A stretch of 63,379 nucleotides of DNA, the filler included. It is 9 parts of 9 records of this genome, joined end to end, with 100 filler letters (N's around TTAATTAATTAA, not from the genome) between each part and the next. Parts side by side here need not be neighbours in the genome. Positions count along the whole stretch, not along the records: positions 1 to 12,422 come from SRR31147125_26424; 8 more parts are not named here. One strand, given 5' to 3'. Below, one piece after another: positions 1-11,066 of this stretch (position 1 is the first letter of the stretch; each line of letters begins with the position of its first letter). The notes under the pieces were generated by a model. That model worked only from the letters and a program-made list of their open reading frames with translations. It was not told the DNA's origin and ran no database searches. The position numbers and the translations under genes are program-made.

Positions 1-30
1 TCCACTGTCTACTTGACAGGGGGCAGTTCA
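1..30. mobile_element. Terminal inverted repeat of an IS3-family element at the contig edge
   Basis: Reverse complement reads TGAACTGCCCCCTGTCAAGTAGACAGTGGA, the TGAACTG...TAGACA pattern of IS3/IS150-group ends. The contig breaks here, as expected at a repeated IS. Confidence 0.6.
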
Positions 31-328
31 TAACGAGATCCAGTTTTTGTTGGTTTTAGTGATAAAGTATCAAAAAAACCATACTTACTCTTATATAATG
101 AAGTATAAGTTTCTTATATAGTTAAAGGATATTGTACTTTCAACTGTGGAGTGATAAAGGGTAATGAAAAAATTTTAAAAGGATTGGTGAAAAACATATC
201 ATTAATCTAAATTTGCTGTAAAAAAAGACCTATTGAATTATCAATTTGTAAAAACTAATTTTCTTTATAGGCCTTTTTAAAGTGTAATACGGTATTTGTA
301 AAACACTATTCTATTAATTTGATAATTA

Positions 329-1183
329 TTAGTAAATATATATAGAATCAATGAAAACAACACCTGATATTGTATCAGTTGGTTGATTAAGTTGAACAAA
401 GTTAAAATCAAAATCAATATAACTAGTGTGAATATCAACTAAATCACTTGTAAACACGCCATTATATCCAAAATTATATTGATAACCATTAAATATTCCT
501 GTATCATTGTAAAATAAAATTTCTTCAGCGAGATTTAAGTTATTTGAGTTGATAGGTTGCACATAAAATAAACCATTTCTTTTATTAGTTTCTCCAGCAA
601 ACAAAGCTTTTGTTTTTTCCACACGGAAATAATTATTAGCAACACTTCTTATAGCGCTAATATAAGCATCACTATTTCCTAAATAACTATTGCCATAAAT
701 AAAGTTGGATCTATTTTCTTTGGAACGCAAACTAAAAATAGGTGAAGAAGTATATCCTTGTTCATAGACTATCCAGACTCCAGAATCATCATTTTGTAAT
801 TCATTAAATTCTTCTATTGCAATCATTCCATCAACTTTATAATATCCTGGACGGTCTATATAATCAATGTAAACATATAATTCTTGATCTTCTATATCAT
901 AATATCCACCAAAATAAGGATCTTTCATATAGATTTTAACAATAGAAGAATTGTATGTATGATTAATATAAGGATCGTTTATATAGTTATCATTATATTG
1001 AAATGATAGATAAGTGTCCAACAAGGCTAAATCAGAATCTTGTGGCGGCCCCTCAAACTCAAATGCAGCATTTATATAAAGTCTTTGAAATGACAAAGAT
1101 ATTAGTAAAACAAGTATAATCATTATTTTTTTCTTAATATTTAGCATAACTTTCTCCTTAATTTTATTTTCTTGTGTAATCAT
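329..1183 (-). CDS. Hypothetical secreted or membrane-anchored protein
   Basis: 284-aa ORF with a basic then hydrophobic N-terminus (KKKIMIILVLLISLSF); no recognised domain; start uncertain. Confidence 0.6.
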   Translation of the reverse strand: MITQENKIKEKVMLNIKKKIMIILVLLISLSFQRLYINAAFEFEGPPQDSDLALLDTYLSFQYNDNYINDPYINHTYNSSIVKIYMKDPYFGGYYDIEDQELYVYIDYIDRPGYYKVDGMIAIEEFNELQNDDSGVWIVYEQGYTSSPIFSLRSKENRSNFIYGNSYLGNSDAYISAIRSVANNYFRVEKTKALFAGETNKRNGLFYVQPINSNNLNLAEEILFYNDTGIFNGYQYNFGYNGVFTSDLVDIHTSYIDFDFNFVQLNQPTDTISGVVFIDSIYIY

Positions 1184-1650
1184 AGTTTAAGCTCATATAT
1201 TGAAATATACATAGCTTAAATCATCAACTAACTTTCTATGAATATTTCAATTTGAATTAAAATATCATAGACCATGATTAATGCATTTTTCCTGATCGAT
1301 TTATAATATCACATACTAACCACCCCCCCCCCCCGGATTGTCTTATTTTATAGTCATTTTACCATATATAATTAAAATATCAAATGTCTCCATGTTTGAC
1401 ATTATTGTATACCCATTTTGTTCACATATCTTGCTAATAGATTGTGGCTATTTATTTATTTAATAACATGTTCAAGCATAAGAGTTATTTCTCTAGTAAT
1501 TAAAAGCAATAGAATTTAATGGAATAAAAAATATTCTTTATTTAATATCCAATTTGCAGTAAATTAATTAATGCAAATATGAATAATCATTGACACAAGT
1601 CTATTATTGTATTAATATGATATTAAATATTTTATTAACGGAGGAATAAT

Positions 1651-4623
1651 GTGAAAAAAATAAATAAACTATTTATAACAATGTTTTCAATTGCTGCTTT
1701 ATTAGTTTTAGTTGCTTGTGGTGACAAAACTTTTACAGTTACTTTTGAAACATTTGATGGTTCTATAGTTTCAAGCCAAGAAGTTGCAGAAAATGATTTG
1801 GTTGTCGAACCTGAAAACCCTACGAAAGAAGGGTATGTCTTTGATTATTGGTATGTTGATAACACAGATAATCCATATGACTTTTCATCTCCTGTGGATG
1901 ATGATTTGACAATTAGTGCATTGTTTGTTTCTAACGATGATTTATTAATAGTTAGTTTTGATTCAGCCGGCGGTAGTGATGTTTCATCGATTGCGACCAT
2001 AGAAGGCCATAGCATCGGCGAACCTGAAAAGCCTACAAGAGAAAATTATGTATTTATGCATTGGAGTGTAGAAGGTGATACTGATTATATTGCTTTTGAT
2101 TTTTCAAATTCAATAAATAATAATTTAACACTAGTAGCTAATTGGAAACTAAAAGAATTCACAGTTACTTTTGATAGTCGTGGTGGTAGTAATGTTGAAT
2201 CTGTGAATGTTGTAGCTTTTGGAGTCGTTGAGGAACCTAGTGCTCCAGAGATGTCGGGTTCAGTTTTTGGTTATTGGTATCTTGATGATGAAAATACACC
2301 ATTTGACTTTACATCAGAAATAACTTCAGACATCACATTAAGCGCACATTATTACACTGATGAAGAAATCATGGCTTTTCTAGATGAAGATGCATTAGAT
2401 CTTGAAAACAACATATTTAACAGCAGTTATGAGTTAAACATTCCAGAAGAAGGACGTATTCACGGAAGTGATATTTTATGGTATTCCCAATCAGAATACA
2501 TTTCTGATAGTGGCGTATTAAGAACTGTTTCACAAGAAACATTTGCTGATGTTAATTTTGTACTTATAAATAATAATAAACAACTTAAGCTTACCTTAAC
2601 ATTTGCTTTACCAATTAACAGTGAAGTTGAAATTTCAAATTCAAGAGATGTAGATTTTTACAACTTAACTACTGAATATGATGTTGCTGATAGTTCGATT
2701 ACATTATACTATGAAGAAAACGGTAGTGTTCCATATGTGAAAGTCGATGATTTTCTCAATATGTTAAACGGATTTATTGATCCTGAACTTATGCCAAATA
2801 GTGAAACAACTGACGGCATTATGGTTTTATCTTATGATTATTATGATGATGAAGAAGATCATACATATAATTTGATTTTAGAGATTAATGCAAATGATAA
2901 TACAATTACAACAAATGATCCTGCTTTTTATTGGGCTTATGTTTATTCAACAGAAACAAATTATGGTAGACATATTGTTTATGACAATGATAATCCCAAC
3001 GCATATTACGAAGAAGGACAAAATATATCATATAATTTAAATGAATATTTTTTAGATATGGCCATATACGAAGGTGATGTGGTATTACCGTATTATTTAG
3101 TAAACCAATTGTTTGCGGGTTCATCTTACTATAATGTATATTATAATTCAGATGCTTTATACGGTATTTATTCATTACCATCATCAGATTCAGATGAATA
3201 TACAACAATGAAAACTAGTTCACTAAATGGAGAAAAAATTCCAAGTGATTTATTGGTACACACATATAATATGCTAGCGTTTGATATGGATTATTTTTAT
3301 GGTTTAAAGGATATGATGGGCATAGATACTTATTATGATGTTATCGAAGAATATATGGATGAACTATTAAATCCGCGAGCTGGACAATTAGAAATTGGTA
3401 TTTTTGATTTCTTAATCAAATCAATAGATGAACCACACACAAGCTACGGTTATCCTTCATATTATAATAATGTTTCAAATGAAGGTCCATCAATTAGTGC
3501 ACTTAGTGATTTAGGCGCTCGTACTAGATCGTTTTATACAGATGGTCTTTACGCAGTCGATGATGCGATTTTTGCAAAATGGGAAATACCTTCTTCATAT
3601 AGTGGATGGGGAGCGAATTCTCCACTAAGACCATATTATTGGTTTTTAGATGAATCTAAGACAGCAGCAGTTTTAATTTTAGATGATTTTTATACAGCGG
3701 ATATTACCGAAAGCAATCAATATGATGCTGATATGGTAAGTAGTGTTATAGGAGAAAATACATTGCCGATGATTTCAAATGGAACTAAATATTTCTTTTA
3801 TAATAGTAGTTCGGATACAAATGATTTTCTTGAAATTTTAGTAAAAGGTTTAGACGCAAATAGCCTAAGTAGTTATGATGCTCAACTTATTTCAGCGGGA
3901 TATAGTAAATTATCAGATGATGACGGAAATACTTATTACTCAAATGGAGAAAGTATTGTAAGTATTGATTTTGATACAACATATGAATTGTTCTATGTCG
4001 GCGTATCACGTGAAGATTTAGATGATGGAGTATTGCCGTTTGAAGTAGACATTATGAATACAGTTATTTCTGATAGTGCTGTCTATATGGAAGTCATGTT
4101 AGAGAAAATATCAGGTGAAGCACCTAATTTAGAAGATGTAATTCTAGATTTAACATTTAATACTGGTGGTAATGTAGGTGCGTTATATAGAGTTGTTGGT
4201 TTTGTCACAGATCAACCGTTTGCTGTGAGCAGAATAAACGAAGATACAAACAGTAAATCCACAAGTTATGTGAAAATTGAAGGAGTGCCATCTTATAGTG
4301 ATTTACAGTGGTCATTATTGACGTCTCCTGCAACATTTAGTGCTGCTAATGCTATGGCTACTATTTTCAAAGAAAATGATTTAGGTCTAGTTATTGGTGA
4401 ACAATCTGGTGGCGGTGCAGCTTCTATTACGCCGATTCTATTACCAAACGGTACTGCATTTACAATGAGTTCTAACTCACTTAATGCATATCGAACAGGT
4501 AGTGGTACCGAATTAGATCCTTATGTTTACGTTAATAACGAAATGGGTATAGCCCCTGATGTAGTTGTTTCTATTGAAGATATTTACGATGAAACTATAC
4601 TCTTAGATATCATCAATGAATAG
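1651..4623 (+). CDS. Lipoprotein with three InlB B-repeats (Listeria-Bacteroides repeats) and a C-terminal S41-family peptidase
   Basis: GGAGG RBS before GTG; lipobox LVAC; three repeats TVTF..GGS..PxxPxxxGxxFxxW..DF...; S41 motifs ILDLTFNTGGN, TFSAAN, IGEQSGGG, GIAPD. Confidence 0.85.
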   Translation: MKKINKLFITMFSIAALLVLVACGDKTFTVTFETFDGSIVSSQEVAENDLVVEPENPTKEGYVFDYWYVDNTDNPYDFSSPVDDDLTISALFVSNDDLLIVSFDSAGGSDVSSIATIEGHSIGEPEKPTRENYVFMHWSVEGDTDYIAFDFSNSINNNLTLVANWKLKEFTVTFDSRGGSNVESVNVVAFGVVEEPSAPEMSGSVFGYWYLDDENTPFDFTSEITSDITLSAHYYTDEEIMAFLDEDALDLENNIFNSSYELNIPEEGRIHGSDILWYSQSEYISDSGVLRTVSQETFADVNFVLINNNKQLKLTLTFALPINSEVEISNSRDVDFYNLTTEYDVADSSITLYYEENGSVPYVKVDDFLNMLNGFIDPELMPNSETTDGIMVLSYDYYDDEEDHTYNLILEINANDNTITTNDPAFYWAYVYSTETNYGRHIVYDNDNPNAYYEEGQNISYNLNEYFLDMAIYEGDVVLPYYLVNQLFAGSSYYNVYYNSDALYGIYSLPSSDSDEYTTMKTSSLNGEKIPSDLLVHTYNMLAFDMDYFYGLKDMMGIDTYYDVIEEYMDELLNPRAGQLEIGIFDFLIKSIDEPHTSYGYPSYYNNVSNEGPSISALSDLGARTRSFYTDGLYAVDDAIFAKWEIPSSYSGWGANSPLRPYYWFLDESKTAAVLILDDFYTADITESNQYDADMVSSVIGENTLPMISNGTKYFFYNSSSDTNDFLEILVKGLDANSLSSYDAQLISAGYSKLSDDDGNTYYSNGESIVSIDFDTTYELFYVGVSREDLDDGVLPFEVDIMNTVISDSAVYMEVMLEKISGEAPNLEDVILDLTFNTGGNVGALYRVVGFVTDQPFAVSRINEDTNSKSTSYVKIEGVPSYSDLQWSLLTSPATFSAANAMATIFKENDLGLVIGEQSGGGAASITPILLPNGTAFTMSSNSLNAYRTGSGTELDPYVYVNNEMGIAPDVVVSIEDIYDETILLDIINE

Positions 4624-4776
4624 AAAAATGATGCAATCATTCAGGAAACGTGCAAAAATCAGTAAAAAATCACAAGTAAAACGTTTTCAAGAACTATAAT
4701 TTGTTTAATTGCTAGTATTTATAAAAAAGTTTGGTATAATTTTAGAAAATAGAAATAAAAGGAGAGAGTGAAATAA

Positions 4777-7434
4777 ATGAAAGTAACTAAGAAATTATTG
4801 ATGACTGTTTCTTTCTTGTTCGTGTCTATATTATTAATAGCATGTTCTAGATCGTATACAGTAACATTTGATACTCAAGGTGGTACAGCTGTAGCATCTG
4901 TCGAAGTAGAAAAAGGAAGTACGGTTGCAGAACCGGAATCACCTACTAAAGACAGTGGATCTTCTACTGTATCGTATAGTTTTGTTGGTTGGTATACTGA
5001 CATGGACGGAAATGATGCTTATGATTTCAGTACAGAAGTAGAGTCAGATTTAACACTTTATGCAGTGTGGACTGAACAAATGGTAGTGAGATTTAATACA
5101 AAAGTTTCTGGGCTATCAGTTGAAAATGAGTATTTACCAGCAGAAGGTGGAACAATTGCATCAGCACCTGCTGCACCTACTAGAGATGGATACACATTTG
5201 AAGGTTGGTATGCAAATAAAGCTGGTTATACATGGCTTACTCCAGATCCTGTGTCATTCCCATTAGAAGTAACAGAATCAGTTGAATTGTATGCATATTG
5301 GGAACCAGTTAGTTCAAAAGATGCATCATATACAGATGATGAAACTTATTTTGCTTCAATTGATGCTTCATCAGCTCTTAATTTAAACCCTCTAGTTTAT
5401 GAATGGTCACATGAAGATTCATTTATTGACATGATGTCAACGCCTTTCTATGAAAGTGAAGTTGATTGGGATTTAGCTATTCAGCAAGGTGTTGCAGATT
5501 ATCCAGGAGACTTCTCTAAAATCTATAGTGATAGTAACCCTGAAGGTACATTCTCAATTGAAGCGCTAGATTATAAATATTCACTAATTGGAGCTACAAA
5601 ATTCCCAGTTGATTCAGAAGGAAATGAATATTTAACAGAAGACGGTGGATATAATAGAGAAGCTGCTACAACATTTGCTGATACTGAATGGACAATTTCA
5701 TTAAGAGATGATTTAACATATGAAGATGGTACTGCTATTACTGCAGCTGACTATGAATATTCATTAAAACAATATTTAGATCCAATCCAATTAAATTCAC
5801 GTTCAACATCATTTTATAAAACTGATGATAATACTGTAGGTGCTCCTATTGCTAATGCATATGAGTATTTAACAGGTGCAGCTGATTGGGAAGATGTTGG
5901 TTTTGAAATCGTTGATGATTATACATTTACACTAACATTCCACGAACCTCAATCTCAAGCTGATGCTCTAGGTATCGCGAACAATCTTAGATTAGTTCAA
6001 CCAGAAGCATATGAAGCTTCTTTATCAGAAGCTGGTGATGTATCTACTTATGGTACACCAGAAAGCCCATATGTATCTTATGGTGAATATATCCTAAAAA
6101 CTTGGGATGAAAATCAAAGATTAGTATTTGTTAAAAATTATGATTATGTAAATAAAGGTGTAATTAATTATAAGAGTATCGTATATGAAATCGTTGAAAC
6201 AGTTGCAGCTAGAACTCAATTATTCGAAAACGGTTCATTATCAGTTCTAGGGTTAACAAATGATAACTATGCTGATTATGCTGAAAATGATAATGTCTTT
6301 ACATCATGGGATGGATACCCTCAATACATCATTTTAAACACATACGGTTCTTATGATGGTGAAACTCCAGCAAATAGTGCTTTTGCTGATTTAAGATTCA
6401 GACAAGCGTTATTATATGGTTTTAATAGAAGTTATTTTGCTACAAGTGTATATGCACCAAATACTGCTTCATTAATGCCGATTCCTGTAGATACTAAATC
6501 TTATGTTCAAGATGCGAAATACTACTCACAATCTCCAAATCACTTATCTGTATTAGAAGCGCTAGGTTTAGATGCAGATACAGATGGATATGTACCAAGT
6601 AGAGCTGTTGACTTATTCAATGCAGCATATACTGATTGGGTAGCAGTAGATGGAAACTCTGGTCCTATCACATTGACTTTCTTATCAAATAATAGTGAAA
6701 TTGCTACACAATTAGCAAATTATATCGAAGATTCTTATGAAGCATTATTTGGATCTGATAAAATAAATATCGAAATCGACTTCCAAACAACTGACGGATA
6801 CAATGCTAAGGTTGAAAACTGGGAATTTGATTTATCACTTAACGCAATTGGTTTTGGTGTATCTTATGGTGCACAATGGCAATATCCGGCAATCGCATGG
6901 TTAGGTGGAGATGTTGCATACTACTTAGGATTAGTCTCACCTTATGATTCTACAGCTGATGGTGTTAAGAGTGCTGCACTTGATGTAGAAGTTGAACTAG
7001 ATCTTACTGCAACTTATAACTACTTAGACGCATTAGGTGTAGATGAAATGGAAGCTAGTGATTTAGATGACTGGATTGTATTCTACAATCAATTAAGTGC
7101 ATCACTTGATGAAGAAACTGGTGAAACTAAAGCTGCTGGTATTTGGAAAGGTACAATTGAAGAGTTAGCATTATTCATGTATGGATCTGCTACTCCTTAT
7201 GATGCTACTGCTGCTGAACCATTTAATGGCGCTACTGCAGACACTTGGACAATTATTGCAGCATTCGAAGAATTATTCTATGAATATGTGCCAATGATTC
7301 CAACTGTTACTAGATCATCAGCAACTGCTTATGCATCAAACGTTGTTGTTGAATGGCCAGCTTATTCTACAGCATTTGGTTGGGGTTCTAATAGATATCG
7401 TTACTTAAATACTGACCCTGATTTTGCAGAATAA
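4777..7434 (+). CDS. oppA: Oligopeptide ABC transporter substrate-binding lipoprotein with two N-terminal InlB B-repeats
   Basis: Lipobox LIAC; two B-repeats; SBP family 5 motifs (LRDDLTYEDGTAITAADYEYS, FRQALLYGFNR); first gene of the opp cluster. Confidence 0.85.
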   Translation: MKVTKKLLMTVSFLFVSILLIACSRSYTVTFDTQGGTAVASVEVEKGSTVAEPESPTKDSGSSTVSYSFVGWYTDMDGNDAYDFSTEVESDLTLYAVWTEQMVVRFNTKVSGLSVENEYLPAEGGTIASAPAAPTRDGYTFEGWYANKAGYTWLTPDPVSFPLEVTESVELYAYWEPVSSKDASYTDDETYFASIDASSALNLNPLVYEWSHEDSFIDMMSTPFYESEVDWDLAIQQGVADYPGDFSKIYSDSNPEGTFSIEALDYKYSLIGATKFPVDSEGNEYLTEDGGYNREAATTFADTEWTISLRDDLTYEDGTAITAADYEYSLKQYLDPIQLNSRSTSFYKTDDNTVGAPIANAYEYLTGAADWEDVGFEIVDDYTFTLTFHEPQSQADALGIANNLRLVQPEAYEASLSEAGDVSTYGTPESPYVSYGEYILKTWDENQRLVFVKNYDYVNKGVINYKSIVYEIVETVAARTQLFENGSLSVLGLTNDNYADYAENDNVFTSWDGYPQYIILNTYGSYDGETPANSAFADLRFRQALLYGFNRSYFATSVYAPNTASLMPIPVDTKSYVQDAKYYSQSPNHLSVLEALGLDADTDGYVPSRAVDLFNAAYTDWVAVDGNSGPITLTFLSNNSEIATQLANYIEDSYEALFGSDKINIEIDFQTTDGYNAKVENWEFDLSLNAIGFGVSYGAQWQYPAIAWLGGDVAYYLGLVSPYDSTADGVKSAALDVEVELDLTATYNYLDALGVDEMEASDLDDWIVFYNQLSASLDEETGETKAAGIWKGTIEELALFMYGSATPYDATAAEPFNGATADTWTIIAAFEELFYEYVPMIPTVTRSSATAYASNVVVEWPAYSTAFGWGSNRYRYLNTDPDFAE

Positions 7435-7473
7435 AAATATTTTTACAAATTAATATTGATTGACTGATTAAAC

Positions 7474-7505
7474 TGAGCCTAAGGTTTATATAAATCTTAG
7501 GCTCA
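7474..7505 (+). terminator. Long stem-loop after oppA (terminator or mRNA-stabilising hairpin)
   Basis: TGAGCCTAAGGTTTA-TA-TAAATCTTAGGCTCA, a 15-bp inverted repeat with one G-U pair. Confidence 0.7.
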
Positions 7506-7642
7506 TTTATTCGGCTTTTTAAGAAAAAATATGAAAATAAATTGAAAATTTTCATATATTTGATATAATAAGAAATACAAGAATAAAAAAGACATGTATA
7601 TATATTAAAATATATATAATTTCACAAAAGGAGTGATGTAAA

Positions 7643-8608
7643 TTGTGGAGATACTTACTTAAAAGAATAGGCTTAATGTTTGTTACGTTCTTTATCACAA
7701 TTTTTATAATATTTGTCGTTATTAAACTTATGCCAGATAACCATGTGCCTTCTCCAGGGGCTGATGATACTTGGTATGAAGTATATAGCGAAAGAGAAGG
7801 CTGGAATAAACCTATTCCTGTCCAGTTTTGGTTATGGATAAAAAATATATTTACGACTGGTTCATTTGGATACTCTACTTTATATAGTAGAGATGTTGCA
7901 TCTGTCTATTTTGGTAAAATACCAGCAACTATTCAAATTAATATTATTCCATATTTTCTTTCTATACCGTTTGCTATTGGATTGGGGATCATTGCAGCAT
8001 TAAAGAAGAATAAATTGACAGATCAAATTATATCTGTTGGAATAATGGTTTTTATTTCTGTACCATTTTTTGTTATTGCTTTGATGTCTCAATTTATTTT
8101 CTATTTTGAACTTGGTTGGGCACCTAGCCTTTATGTAGCAACAGCATCACAGTTTGATGAGCTGGGGTTAGCTTATGGATTAAGCACATTTGTGCTACCT
8201 GTGATAGTCTTAACTATTACAGCTATTCCGGGATTTGCTAGAACAGTTCGAGCTGAGTTGACCGAACAAATCACCTCTGAATACATGTTGTTAGCGCGCT
8301 CTAAAGGTTTAACAAAAAATCAAGCAGTATTTAGACATGCCTTGAAAAATGCACTTGTTCCATTCTTACCAGGAGTTTTTATAGGGATAATAGGTATTAT
8401 AAGCGGCGGTATTATTACTGAACAGATTTTTAGAGTAGATGGTACGGGTAGAATTTATCTTGCGGCATTTAATGATCGTGATTATTCAATGATTATGATG
8501 GTTACTGTGTTTTCTCAGTTTATTACATTATTATCTGCAATTATTAATGATATCTCGTATACATTCTTTGATCCAAGAATAAGATTCGGAAGTGGGAAAA
8601 CGTCATGA
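7643..8608 (+). CDS. oppB: Oligopeptide ABC permease OppB
   Basis: TTG start after AAGGAG; MWRYLLKRI, EYMLLARSKGL, RHALKNAL, DPRI. Confidence 0.92.
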   Translation: MWRYLLKRIGLMFVTFFITIFIIFVVIKLMPDNHVPSPGADDTWYEVYSEREGWNKPIPVQFWLWIKNIFTTGSFGYSTLYSRDVASVYFGKIPATIQINIIPYFLSIPFAIGLGIIAALKKNKLTDQIISVGIMVFISVPFFVIALMSQFIFYFELGWAPSLYVATASQFDELGLAYGLSTFVLPVIVLTITAIPGFARTVRAELTEQITSEYMLLARSKGLTKNQAVFRHALKNALVPFLPGVFIGIIGIISGGIITEQIFRVDGTGRIYLAAFNDRDYSMIMMVTVFSQFITLLSAIINDISYTFFDPRIRFGSGKTS

Positions 8609-10032
8609 AACAAGTAGATAAATCGAAATTAGTTTTTGTAAGAGATGCTAACGAACATATTAATGATGTGAAACTTGAAACTAAAGAAATAGGATATTAT
8701 CAAGATTCATGGAATAGATTTAAAAAGAATAAGGCTTCATTAATTGCTTTTATTATAATATGTGTTATGTTGACATTTGTGATTTTTGGACCATTTTTAA
8801 AACCATATAATACAGATGATAATCCAATTGAGGCACCAAGGCTTGCCAATCTTACACCAAGAATCCCATATCTCGAAAATTTAGGTATTTTTGATGGTAC
8901 AAAAGAGATTACGGTTGGTAAAGAGTTTTTAATTTATTTATATAATAGTGATTTTGAAGAAAATGTAATTCTAGATGGTTTTCCAGAAGAATTAATTGAA
9001 GATCCGAATCACCCTGATTATGCAGAAATCAAATCATTAACTGTTACAGTTGATTACTATAAATATATAAACTTCACTAAATCTTTCATGCCTTCAGATT
9101 ACTTTGGCAATTATAATCTAAATATTACAAACAATGCGTCTCCAGGTGATATTAATTATGTAAATCCTTTAGGTTCAGTAACTAGACCTTTAGACTCAGA
9201 AGAGCAATTTTTAGAGTATGTTGAAAAGAATTATATTATAGATGTATTAAGTATTACAGAATCGACAAATGCTGATACTGGTGAAACTGAATATACTTAT
9301 AATGTTAGAATTAATCAATTTCTAGTTACACTTGATCAAGAACCAGAAGATACGTATTTTTGGTTTGGAACGAATGCTGACGGAGAGGATTTATTTAATC
9401 TTATTTGGTATGGCGCTAGAGTATCTTTATTAATGGCCATTGCAGTTGTGTCAATTAATGCGATTATTGGGATATTTATAGGTTCTATAGCAGGGTATTA
9501 TGGTGGGGTTGTTGATTTACTTATGGATAGAGTTGTTGAAATTGTAGCCTCCATACCACTTTTAACTGTTTTAACATTAATGGTTATTAGATTTGGCTCC
9601 GCATTTTGGGTAATTATTATTGCATTTACACTTACTAGATGGATTGGGAATTATGGTACAGCACGTATGCAGTTTTATCGATTTAAAAACAGAGAATACG
9701 TATTAGCTGCCAGAACATTGGGTGCTAAGGATGCACGTATTATGTTTAAGCATATCTTTCCAAATACATTGGGTCTATTGGTAACCAGATTAGCATTATC
9801 AATCCCATTGTTTGTGTTCACAGAAGCTTCGTTCTCATTCTTAGGTATTATTGATTATACTGAAGCAACTAGTGTTGGTATGCTAATCAATGATGGACAA
9901 AACGTGATGGATCAATTCCCTCATTTACTTATATTCCCTTCAATTTATATATCAATCATGATGATTGCATTTAATTTGTTTGGTAATGGGTTGAGAGATG
10001 CATTTAATCCGTCATTAAGAGGTGTTGAATAA
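8605..10032 (+). CDS. oppC: Oligopeptide ABC permease OppC with a large extracytoplasmic insertion
   Basis: DSWNRFKKNK, FWFGTN..GEDLF, REYVLAARTLGA, GNGLRDAFNP; ATGA overlap with oppB. Confidence 0.9.
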   Translation: MKQVDKSKLVFVRDANEHINDVKLETKEIGYYQDSWNRFKKNKASLIAFIIICVMLTFVIFGPFLKPYNTDDNPIEAPRLANLTPRIPYLENLGIFDGTKEITVGKEFLIYLYNSDFEENVILDGFPEELIEDPNHPDYAEIKSLTVTVDYYKYINFTKSFMPSDYFGNYNLNITNNASPGDINYVNPLGSVTRPLDSEEQFLEYVEKNYIIDVLSITESTNADTGETEYTYNVRINQFLVTLDQEPEDTYFWFGTNADGEDLFNLIWYGARVSLLMAIAVVSINAIIGIFIGSIAGYYGGVVDLLMDRVVEIVASIPLLTVLTLMVIRFGSAFWVIIIAFTLTRWIGNYGTARMQFYRFKNREYVLAARTLGAKDARIMFKHIFPNTLGLLVTRLALSIPLFVFTEASFSFLGIIDYTEATSVGMLINDGQNVMDQFPHLLIFPSIYISIMMIAFNLFGNGLRDAFNPSLRGVE

Positions 10033-11066
10033 TGAATGAAAAAATTTTAGAAGTTAAGGACTTAGCGATTTCCTTTAAAACTCAATATGGAATTTTACAA
10101 GCTATTAGAGGTGTTTCTTTTGATTTGTATAAAGGAGAAACGCTTGCGATAGTTGGTGAATCAGGATCAGGAAAAAGTGTTACTTCTCGAGCAATCATGG
10201 GCCTCCTTGCTGGTAATGCAATTTACGAGGGTGGAGAAATCATGTATGCAGGAAGAAACTTGATGGAAATTAATGATGATCTTTTTAATGAAATTAGAGG
10301 ATCGAAAATTTCAATGATTTTTCAAGATCCAATGAGTTCATTAAATCCTATTGTAACAGTTGGTAAACAAATCTCTGAGGCATTAATTCTTAAAAATAAA
10401 ATGCCAAAAGATGTAGCAAAACAAAAAGCTATCGACCTTATGAAATCAGTAGGTATCCCTGAAGCAGAAAAAAGATATAATAGATATCCATTTCAATTTT
10501 CAGGAGGAATGAGACAACGTATAGTTATTTCAATTGCGTTAGCTAATAATGCTGAAATATTGATTTGTGATGAACCAACAACGGCTCTTGATGTAACAAT
10601 TCAAGGTCAAATTTTAGAATTGATTAATGACTTAAAGCGAGATAAAAAATTAACTGTTATCTTTATTACACATGATTTAGGTGTTGTTGCGAACGTTGCT
10701 GATAGAATTGCTGTAATGTATGCAGGGAAAATTGTAGAGTATGGGAAAACTGAAGAAGTTTTTTATGACCCAAGACATCCATATACATGGGCGTTGCTAT
10801 CCTCAATGCCGAATCTTGCAACTTCAAAAAAATTAGATGCAATTTCAGGGACTCCGCCTAATATGATTTATCCACCGAAAGGTGATGCATTTGCGCCAAG
10901 AAATCATTATGCATTAGAAATAGATTTCGAAGAACAACCTCCAATGTTCGAAGTTAGTGAGACACACGCAGCTGCAACATGGTTATTACATCCAGATGCA
11001 CCTAAAGTTGAACTACCGATAGCTGTACAAAATTTAAAGAAAAAAGGTGGTGTAAAGCATGGCTAA
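10032..11066 (+). CDS. oppD: Oligopeptide ABC ATPase OppD
   Basis: Walker A GESGSGKS, FSGGMRQR, CDEPTTALD, HPYTWALL. Confidence 0.95.
   Translation: MNEKILEVKDLAISFKTQYGILQAIRGVSFDLYKGETLAIVGESGSGKSVTSRAIMGLLAGNAIYEGGEIMYAGRNLMEINDDLFNEIRGSKISMIFQDPMSSLNPIVTVGKQISEALILKNKMPKDVAKQKAIDLMKSVGIPEAEKRYNRYPFQFSGGMRQRIVISIALANNAEILICDEPTTALDVTIQGQILELINDLKRDKKLTVIFITHDLGVVANVADRIAVMYAGKIVEYGKTEEVFYDPRHPYTWALLSSMPNLATSKKLDAISGTPPNMIYPPKGDAFAPRNHYALEIDFEEQPPMFEVSETHAAATWLLHPDAPKVELPIAVQNLKKKGGVKHG

Noticed and set aside
4675-4690. AAAACGTTTT palindrome upstream of oppA as a cre/LacI-type site
   Set aside because: Short, AT-rich and likely to occur by chance; no cognate regulator is visible.
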